Below are positions 47,229 through 53,934 of a DNA stretch of 59,208 bases, piece by piece. The stretch spans positions 1 through 59,208 of the forward strand of contig JAYZQJ010000142.1 of assembly GCA_036149055.1 (NCBI GenBank). Reading direction: 5' to 3'. Made by a program: the position numbers and the translations under genes. How positions within the stretch are numbered: position 1 is the stretch's first letter; each line of letters starts with the position of its first letter. Below the pieces are notes generated by a model that was given only the letters and a program-made list of their open reading frames with translations, made no database searches and was not told where the DNA came from. Origin of the DNA: Myxococcota bacterium. GTDB lineage: Bacteria > Myxococcota_A > Polyangia > Polyangiales > Sandaracinaceae.

Positions 47229-47258
47229 TTGACGGCCGCGCACGGGCCTCTCTATAGT
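47229..47258 (+). promoter_or_regulatory. Sigma70-type promoter for ftsY: TTGACG-N18-TATAGT
   Basis: Read directly from the sequence; 47 nt upstream of the ATG, with SD-like gagga. Confidence 0.7.
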
Positions 47259-47305
47259 GGGCCGCCTTCGCCCCAGGTGGGCGCTCTTCCAGCACGCGAG
47301 GAAGC

Positions 47306-48619
47306 ATGGATACCGGCACCGTAGTGGGCATCGCGCTGGCGATTTTGGTCGTCGCCGTCGTCGCGTACCTCCTCCTCCGAGGCAAGGGCGACGCGCTGCC
47401 CGAGGAGACGCCGCCCAAGAAGCCCGAGGCCGAGCCCGCGGCGAAGCCCACCCAGAAGAAGGTCGCCGAGAAGGCCGCGAAGCCGCCCGCCGGCGCGGCG
47501 GAGGCGCGCCCCGAGCCGGCGAAGGCCGAGGAGAAGAAGGAGGCGGCGCCCGCCGAGGTCGAGGCGCCCGCGGCCGAGGCGCCCGACGAGGTCGTCGAGG
47601 AGCCGGTCGCCGAAGAAGAGGCGCCCGAGGCCCCCGAGGCCGAAGAGCCGACCGAGCGCGGCCCGTCCGAGGAGGACGTCAAGGCGCTCAAGAAGGGCCT
47701 CGCCTCCACCCGCGGCGGCTTCATCGCCCGGCTGGCCAAGCTCTTCGGAAAGAAGAAGGAGATCGATCCCGAGCTCCTCGACGAGATCCAGGAGGTCCTG
47801 ATCACCGCCGACATCGGCGTGAAGACCTCCGAGAAGATCCTCGAGCGGCTCAAGGAGCGCATGAACAACGACCAGCTCGGCGACGAGGACCAGGTCTGGA
47901 AGGCGCTCCGTCAGGAGGCGCGCGGCATCCTCGACGCGCCGGGCACCGCGAGCGGCGGCGTCTACCGCAAGCCCGCCCAGACCCCGGGCGTCATCCTGGT
48001 CGTCGGCGTCAACGGCGTGGGCAAGACCACGACGATCGGCAAGCTCGCGAGCCGCTTCCAGGACGAAGGCAAGAAGGTGATCCTCGCCGCTGGCGACACC
48101 TTCCGCGCCGCCGCCGTGCTCCAGCTCGAGGTCTGGGGCCGCCGGGTCGGCTGCGACGTCGTGAAGGGGAAGGACCGCGCGGATCCCGCCTCCGTCATCT
48201 TCGACGCGATCAAGAAGGCCCGCGACGAAGGCGCCGACTATGTAATCGCGGACACCGCCGGACGACTCCACACGAAGACGAACCTGATGGAGGAGCTGAA
48301 GAAGGTGGTGCGGTCGGCCGAGAAGGCGCTGGAGCGCCCGGTGGACGAGATCCTGCTCGTCCTCGACTCGACCACCGGCCAGAACGCCATCCAGCAGGCG
48401 CAGCTCTTCAAGGACGCGATCGACGTCAGCGGCATCGCCCTGACGAAGCTCGACGGCACGGCCAAGGGCGGCGTGATCCTCGGCATCGTCGACGAGCACG
48501 GGCTCCCGGTGCATTTCGTGGGCATCGGCGAGCGGGTCGAGGACCTGCGGACCTTCGACGCGCCCACCTTCGTCGAGGCGCTGTTCGCCAAGCCCGACGA
48601 CGAAACGCTGGCGGCTTGA
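47306..48619 (+). CDS. ftsY: Signal recognition particle receptor FtsY (N-terminal TM helix plus acidic linker)
   Basis: GVNGVGKTTTIGKLA, AAGDTFRAAA, DTAGRLHTK, DSTTGQN, TKLDGTAKGG, GIGE..DL. Confidence 0.98.
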   Translation: MDTGTVVGIALAILVVAVVAYLLLRGKGDALPEETPPKKPEAEPAAKPTQKKVAEKAAKPPAGAAEARPEPAKAEEKKEAAPAEVEAPAAEAPDEVVEEPVAEEEAPEAPEAEEPTERGPSEEDVKALKKGLASTRGGFIARLAKLFGKKKEIDPELLDEIQEVLITADIGVKTSEKILERLKERMNNDQLGDEDQVWKALRQEARGILDAPGTASGGVYRKPAQTPGVILVVGVNGVGKTTTIGKLASRFQDEGKKVILAAGDTFRAAAVLQLEVWGRRVGCDVVKGKDRADPASVIFDAIKKARDEGADYVIADTAGRLHTKTNLMEELKKVVRSAEKALERPVDEILLVLDSTTGQNAIQQAQLFKDAIDVSGIALTKLDGTAKGGVILGIVDEHGLPVHFVGIGERVEDLRTFDAPTFVEALFAKPDDETLAA

Positions 48620-48628
48620 ACGACGGCG

Positions 48629-48658
48629 TTGCCCTGTTTTCGCGCGGCGTGATATAGT
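48629..48658 (+). promoter_or_regulatory. Sigma70-type promoter for the gltB/A-like genes: TTGCCC-N18-TATAGT with extended -10 (TGa)
   Basis: TTGCCC at 48629-48634, TG at 48650-48651, TATAGT at 48653-48658. Confidence 0.65.
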
Positions 48659-48880
48659 CGCCGCCACCTCTCAGAGGACTTGAGATTCTGTAGCAATTTC
48701 GCTGGTTTGGACGGCATTCTGCCCAACCCGAATTCAGCGTCATCAGCCACGACAGCTTTCGAAGCGATGCCCGAGACGCAGAAGCCCAGCAGCGACGATC
48801 GCCGCAGACCCCCCGAAAGAGGGTCGCGGGCAGGTGTGCTCGGTCATCCAGATCTCTCGGGATCGGCAGAAGGGGTCACG

Positions 48881-49933
48881 ATGCAGAGAGCTTTGCTCGC
48901 TCCGCGCTCGCGAAGCGGATGGATGGTCACGTTCACGGCGCTCGCCGCCCTGGGCGTCACGAGTTGGGTCGCAGGCCCCGTCTCCGCGCAGGACGCGGAC
49001 ATGGACTTCACCGGCGGTGGAGAAGGCGAAGGCGGCTCCGACATGGACTTCACCGAGGGGGGCGGTGAAGGTGAAGGCGGGTCCGACATGGACTTCACCG
49101 AGGGGGGCGGTGAAGGCGGCTCGGACATGGACTTCACGGAAGGCGGTGGTGACACCGGCGGCGGCGACGCGGGTGGAGGCGGCGACCTGATCGGCGACCT
49201 CGCCAGCGGCGGCGAGGAGGTCGACACGACCACCGACCGCCCGACGCGCACCACCGAGGCGCGCGAGGAGATCTTCGCGGTGCAGCAGATCTACGCGCTG
49301 CGCATCAACCGCGTGGAGATCAGCCCGTCGTTCGCGGCGACGCTGAACGACCCGTTCGTGAGCCACCCGGCCATCGCGATCGGCCTCAACTACTGGTGGA
49401 CGAACGTCCTCGCCATCGGCGCCAACTTCCTCTGGTACGAGGGCCTCGAGAACGAGTCCGACCTGAACTTCTTCGTGCGGCGCTCGACGCGCCTGGCGGT
49501 CCCCGTCAGCGCGTACCAGTTCGGCGCTCACCTCGCGTTCACGTACGTGCCGCTCTACGGCAAGTTCGCGATGTTCAACGAGTTCATCTTCCAGTGGGAC
49601 GCCTACATCGTCGGCGGCGTGGGCATCATGCGCACGCGCCCGGTGCCGGTGGTCGACCCGGAGATCCGGAACTTCGACTACGACATCCGCGTGGCCTTCA
49701 ACCTCGGCGTCGGCATCCGCGTCTTCGTCTCCCGCTGGCTCGCGGTGTTCGCGGAGTTCCGCGACTACATGTACCTCGAGCAGCTCGAGGCGCTGCAGGT
49801 CGCGCTGGGCGAGGACCGCTCCAACCCGCAGACCTGGACCCAGGGTGACCCGGCGTTCACGCAGAACGTGACGGTGCACCTGGGCCTGACGTTCTTCTTC
49901 CCGTTCGAGTTCGAGTACCAGCTGCCGCGATGA
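48881..49933 (+). CDS. gltB: Outer membrane beta-barrel protein, GltB-like, with N-terminal DMDFT repeats
   Basis: Signal peptide; AVQQIYALRINRVEISPSF...NDPF, YVPLYGKFA, alternating beta-strands, C-terminal GLTFFFP; paired with a paralog near the glt cluster. The B versus A assignment is tentative. Confidence 0.65.
   Translation: MQRALLAPRSRSGWMVTFTALAALGVTSWVAGPVSAQDADMDFTGGGEGEGGSDMDFTEGGGEGEGGSDMDFTEGGGEGGSDMDFTEGGGDTGGGDAGGGGDLIGDLASGGEEVDTTTDRPTRTTEAREEIFAVQQIYALRINRVEISPSFAATLNDPFVSHPAIAIGLNYWWTNVLAIGANFLWYEGLENESDLNFFVRRSTRLAVPVSAYQFGAHLAFTYVPLYGKFAMFNEFIFQWDAYIVGGVGIMRTRPVPVVDPEIRNFDYDIRVAFNLGVGIRVFVSRWLAVFAEFRDYMYLEQLEALQVALGEDRSNPQTWTQGDPAFTQNVTVHLGLTFFFPFEFEYQLPR
48998..49150 (+). 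repeat. Coding tandem repeat, 4 x 39-45 bp, encoding DMDFT(E)GGG(EG)nGS
   Basis: gacatggacttcac occurs four times (starting at about 48998, 49040, 49085 and 49124). Confidence 0.92.
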
Positions 49934-50853
49934 AGGATGTGAGAGCCATGCTTGCCAAGAAGCTCACGAACGTCCTCCTCTTGGTCGCCCTGGCGGCCAC
50001 CGCGAGCGTCGTCACCCCCACGGCGACGGCGCACGCGCAGGAGATCCAGATCACCGGCCCGCTGGCCGGCGCCCCGGCCGTCCGCCGCATGCGGCAGTAC
50101 CGCACGGGCCGCGTCCAGCTCATCGTCCCGACCGTCGGCTACACGCTGCAGGACGAGTTCGCTCGTCACCTGATGACCGGCCTCGAGGCGAACATCCACT
50201 TCACCGACTTCCTGGGCATCGGCGTCTGGGGCGCGGTCGCGAACTTCGCGAACGCCTTCCAGATCAACACCGACCTCACGGGTCAGATCATCAGCAACGG
50301 GCAGACGACGGCCCGGAACCAGCTCGCGATGCCCGACAACGAGGGCTTCGGCGACCAGGTCGCCCGCCTCGTCGGCCTCGCCTCCGTGCACGCGATCTTC
50401 GCCCCGCTCCGCGGCAAGCTCGCCCTCTTCCAGGGCGCGTTCGTGGACACCGACTTCTACGTGCTCGCCGGCTTCACGGCGGCGTTCGTCGAGGAGCGCG
50501 CCGACTTCACGGGCGCGGAGGCGGCGGCCTGCGCGAACGCGAACGCGACGCAGCGCCCGACCGCGTGCGGTCCGAGCCAGTCGGCCCGCACCACGCGCTT
50601 CGCCCCGGCCCCGATGTTCGGCATCGGCCTCAACCTCTACTTCAACGACTTCCTCGGCCTGGCGCTCCAGTGGCGCGCCTTCCCGTTCGACATGAACCCG
50701 GCCGGAGACGACTTCGCCGGCAACACGTCGGCGGCGAGCGTGAGCCAGCCCGACGGCGAGATCGACGGGTCGGACCAGCGCTTCTACTTCCACCACATGA
50801 TGAACATCGGTCTCATCATCAACCTCCCGCCGGAGGCCGCCGTCAGCGAGTGA
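49930..50853 (+). CDS. gltA: Outer membrane beta-barrel protein, GltA-like
   Basis: Signal peptide (AHA-Q); GRVQLIVPTVGYTLQDEF, FAPLRGKLALF, DFYVLAG, FGIGLNLYF. Paralog of the upstream barrel; start 49930 or 49948. Confidence 0.62.
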   Translation: MKDVRAMLAKKLTNVLLLVALAATASVVTPTATAHAQEIQITGPLAGAPAVRRMRQYRTGRVQLIVPTVGYTLQDEFARHLMTGLEANIHFTDFLGIGVWGAVANFANAFQINTDLTGQIISNGQTTARNQLAMPDNEGFGDQVARLVGLASVHAIFAPLRGKLALFQGAFVDTDFYVLAGFTAAFVEERADFTGAEAAACANANATQRPTACGPSQSARTTRFAPAPMFGIGLNLYFNDFLGLALQWRAFPFDMNPAGDDFAGNTSAASVSQPDGEIDGSDQRFYFHHMMNIGLIINLPPEAAVSE

Positions 50854-50872
50854 GCTCGCGACGCTGACCGCC

Positions 50873-50914
50873 AGGAGGCCGGCACCCCGGAAGGGGCGCC
50901 GGCCTTCTTCGTTT
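50873..50914 (+). terminator. Intrinsic terminator after the gltA-like gene
   Basis: AGGCCGGCACCCC-GGAA-GGGGCGCCGGCCT followed by TCTTCGTTT. Confidence 0.75.
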
Positions 50915-50960
50915 CCGTCCCCGTCAGTGTTCGGAACAAGTCTCGGCGGCGACAAAACGA

Positions 50961-51090
50961 TTTCGCGCAAAGACGCAATGACGCCAAGGGCCGCGGGATG
51001 GCGGCTCGCCGGCGGTGACCTGAGGGTCGATCGGTCGGCCGGCCCTGCCTCGGGGCCGCGCAATTTTCACGCAGAGGCGCAGAGGCGCAG
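50961..51090. repeat. 8-nt-period motifs: CGCAAAGA-CGCAATGA-CGCCAAG (~50966-50988) and (CGCAGAGG)2-CGCAGAG (~51070-51092)
   Basis: Read directly from the sequence; both arrays are preceded by a T-run (tttcg / tttca). Confidence 0.7.
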
Positions 51091-51285
51091 AGACATGACG
51101 TGGCCTCGGGGTGGTGGCTGGCCGCCGGGTTCAGGTCGGTGGGCGGTGGCGAGGTGCCGCCCGCGGGCCCGGGAGGACGGAAGGGGAGAGGAAGAAGGGC
51201 ACTGACCCGACACGACGGCAGGCGACGAGCGCAGCGAGGTCGCCGCACGCGCCACTCGAGTCGTGCGATCCCGCGGCAGCGGGCG

Positions 51286-51448
51286 GCCAGCTCGCGCGCA
51301 GCGCGAGCGCGAGCCGCAGGGCCCCCAGCGCCCCGTCGCTGGGGTCGCGACGCGAGCGCGAAGCGCGACGCGCCGGCGGAGTCGGGAGGGGGGCCCCATT
51401 GGCGCTTTGCCCAATGGGGGGAGGGTTTGCACCAAACCCTCCGAAAAC
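51286..51448. repeat. Dispersed multi-hairpin element, copy B
   Basis: Reverse complement is nearly identical to 59051-59208. Hairpins: GCTCGCGC-GCA-GCGCGAGC, CCCCAGCG..CGCTGGGG, GCGC-GAA-GCGC, CCCATTGG..CCAATGGG, GGAGGGTTT..AAACCCTCC. Confidence 0.92.
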
Positions 51449-51449
51449 C

Positions 51450-52199
51450 TCAGCGCTTTGGGGGGCGCGGGACGCCCTTCTTGTCCTTGCTCCAGCCCTC
51501 GGGCAGCGCGACGGCGTCGGCGTGGTCGCCGAGGCTCCAGCCGTTCTCGGCCATGGCCTCGAGGGCGAGGACCTTCACGCGCACGCTGTCCTCTTCGGCG
51601 AGGGCCTCGGCGAGCCGGGGCACGACGTCGCTCGCGTTCTCCTGCGGGAGCGCGGCGCGGACGGCGTGGAAGCGGGCCTCCTCGTTCATGTCGAGGAAGA
51701 AGGGGGCGACCGCGGGGGCGATCGCGGGGTCGCGCTGCTGCTCGAGCACGCCGAGGAGCTGGAGCTTTCGCTGCGGGTCTCGCTCGTACTCGGTGTCCAT
51801 CTTGCCGAGCACGGCCATCAGCTCGTCGTTGAGGCGCTCGCCGGGGACGAGGGCTTCGAGGCACTTGAGCGGCCAGCTGATCGACTCGTGACGACCGAGC
51901 GCGGTCCGCACCGCGGGCACGCCGGCTTCGCCAGCGCCGCTGATCCAGCGGAAGACCTCGTCCTTCTCCTCGCCGTCGGTGATGGTCGGGTCGACGTTGA
52001 AGGTGAAGCGCTCGAGCAGCGCCGCCACCGCGTCGGCGCGCTCGTCGGGCGCTCCGCCCTCGGGCTCGGTGGTGGCGATCTTGCCGAGCGCCTGGATCGA
52101 CTCCCAGCGGTCGGGTGCCTGCGCGCGCTTGTTCGCGACGCGCTCGGCGTGCTTGGCAAGCCCGCTCTTCTTCTTTCCGAACAGCCCGAAGAATCCCAT
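51450..52199 (-). CDS. HEAT-repeat domain protein (249 aa)
   Basis: True start MGFFGLFGKKK at 52199; RWESIQALG, AVAALLERF, DMNEEARFHAVRAA, EDSVRVK. Confidence 0.85.
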   Translation of the reverse strand: MGFFGLFGKKKSGLAKHAERVANKRAQAPDRWESIQALGKIATTEPEGGAPDERADAVAALLERFTFNVDPTITDGEEKDEVFRWISGAGEAGVPAVRTALGRHESISWPLKCLEALVPGERLNDELMAVLGKMDTEYERDPQRKLQLLGVLEQQRDPAIAPAVAPFFLDMNEEARFHAVRAALPQENASDVVPRLAEALAEEDSVRVKVLALEAMAENGWSLGDHADAVALPEGWSKDKKGVPRPPKR

Positions 52200-52270
52200 C
52201 GACACGGCCTCCTCCGCTGGCCGCGCCAGCGGTGCGCGCACCATGATCGCTGGCCGGGTGGCTCGCAACC

Positions 52271-53728
52271 TCAGCGGATGATCACGGGGCGCAGGTTGAC
52301 CTGCGTGCCCTTCACCTGGACCTGGAAGCGCACCATCCGGCAGCCGTGCTTCTTGATGAGCGACTTCTCGTTCGCCTGGAGGCGCTGCACGAAGCGCTCC
52401 TGGGTGATGTTCGAGACGTTCTCGCCGGCGGCCTCCTTGGCGGCCACGTACTCGCGGTAGACGCGGGCGTAGTACTCGTCCTCGGGCTCCGCCGAGAGCT
52501 TCGCCGCCAGCTCCGGATCCTCCTCGTCGCCGCCGCTCGGGGCGGGCGCGGCGCCGCCGGCCGGGGCGCCGGGCTCGGACCACGCCTCGGGCGGCGAGCT
52601 CACGCGGCCGTCCTCGTCCTCCTCCGGCGTGCCGGTGAAGACGTTGAGGAGCTGGTTGATCCGGTAGGCCAGCCCGCCGAGCTCGGCGCTCTCGATGTCG
52701 AGGCGCAGGTCGGTGCGGCCGTTGATGACGGCGAGCACGCCCTCCTCCATCTCCTCGATGGGCTTGAGCAGGCTGGTCCCGATCAGGAAGCCATAGACGA
52801 GCACGATCAGGAGGCCGAGGCCGGTCATGATGAGGATCATGTTGACCGCCGAGGCCTTGCTCTCCTGCGCGGTGCGGTTGCCCAGCACCGCGTAGCCGAC
52901 CGCGGTCGACGGCGAGAGCGGGAGCGCGCCGGCCACCACCGCGAACTGGTCGTCGCCGACCTCGGCCGCGAACGGATCGCTCGTGGCGCCGCCGCCCGAG
53001 AGCGCCGCGCCGGTGACCGCCGAGTGCGCGTCGAAGAGCATCGCGCGCAGCTGGTCGGCGAGATCGCCCGGGAGCGAGGAGCTGTAGACCTGACCCTCGG
53101 TGAAGAACACCACGTCGCGGCCGAGGAGCTCCCCGGAGCGCGTCGCCATGCCGTTGGACATGTCGTAGCCGATGATCACCGCGCCGCGGACCGCGCCCTC
53201 GGGGTCGCGGATCGGCGCGATCGCCGTCTGCAGGAGCTTGTCCTGGCCCGACGAGAAGCTCCACACGTCGACGGTCGCCTCGCCGGAGTCCAGCGCGTCC
53301 TCGAGGGTCCCGAGCTGACGCTTCAGGTCCTCGCCGTGCATCCGGTTGCGGTCCTGGTTGCGCGCGATGCCGATGCCGCGATCGTCGGTGATCACGACCA
53401 GCTCGGGCGGACCGGCGGCGCGGTGCTGGCGTCCGAACCAGTCGGCGACGGCGTTGGCCCGCCGGAACGCGCGGTCGCGCTGGCCGCTCTCGTCGAGGGC
53501 GGTGAACACGTCCTGGGTGTCGCTCGCGGACGCCTGCTCGGCGGCGGCGGCGACGAACTCCAGCCCGCTCAGCCTCCAGGTGCGCTCGAACACCTGCGCG
53601 TCGTTCGCGATCTGGGTGTCGACCTCCTCCAGGAAGGTCGCCCGGATCTGCCCCGACACGACGAAGTACGAGACAAGGCCGACCACCAGGACCGCGACGA
53701 GGTTCCCGGCGATGATCTTGGTACGCAT
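52271..53728 (-). CDS. Membrane protein: TM-Cache-like-TM-HAMP plus MXAN_5187-type C-terminal domain
   Basis: TM1; ELVVITDDRG and APIRDPEGAVRGAVIIG (Cache-like); TM2; KPIEEMEEG..ELGGLAYRINQL (HAMP); C-terminal YARVYREYVAAK..GE....T.ERF...L......L.KKHGCRMVRFQV.VK. Confidence 0.8.
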   Translation of the reverse strand: MRTKIIAGNLVAVLVVGLVSYFVVSGQIRATFLEEVDTQIANDAQVFERTWRLSGLEFVAAAAEQASASDTQDVFTALDESGQRDRAFRRANAVADWFGRQHRAAGPPELVVITDDRGIGIARNQDRNRMHGEDLKRQLGTLEDALDSGEATVDVWSFSSGQDKLLQTAIAPIRDPEGAVRGAVIIGYDMSNGMATRSGELLGRDVVFFTEGQVYSSSLPGDLADQLRAMLFDAHSAVTGAALSGGGATSDPFAAEVGDDQFAVVAGALPLSPSTAVGYAVLGNRTAQESKASAVNMILIMTGLGLLIVLVYGFLIGTSLLKPIEEMEEGVLAVINGRTDLRLDIESAELGGLAYRINQLLNVFTGTPEEDEDGRVSSPPEAWSEPGAPAGGAAPAPSGGDEEDPELAAKLSAEPEDEYYARVYREYVAAKEAAGENVSNITQERFVQRLQANEKSLIKKHGCRMVRFQVQVKGTQVNLRPVIIR

Positions 53729-53934
53729 CGAATTGCTCTCCCTCCGACGCACGCGGCGTCCGCCGCGCTGGTCCGGACGTGCGCGCGAGGTGCGCTCGGC
53801 CCCCTGCGAGACGGCTCTCGAACCGTCTCCGTGACGGCTTTGGATATCACCGCGCGACGAACGGGGTCAACAGTGGCGACGTCGCAGACGTCGGGGATCA
53901 CGCGGGATCCGCCCGCACGGAGGCGCGCGCCGGA

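Noticed and set aside
47217..48880. SRP RNA (ffs), tRNA or c-di-GMP riboswitch near ftsY
   Set aside because: I saw no SRP domain IV motif (TCAGG..GGAAGGAAGCAG), no tRNA T-arm or cloverleaf, and no GGCAAA..GACGCAAA riboswitch core.
50784..51449. ORFs across the gltA-HEAT intergenic region (50784-51248, 50927-51205, 51100-51891)
   Set aside because: They cross a terminator and repeat elements and have no protein motifs.
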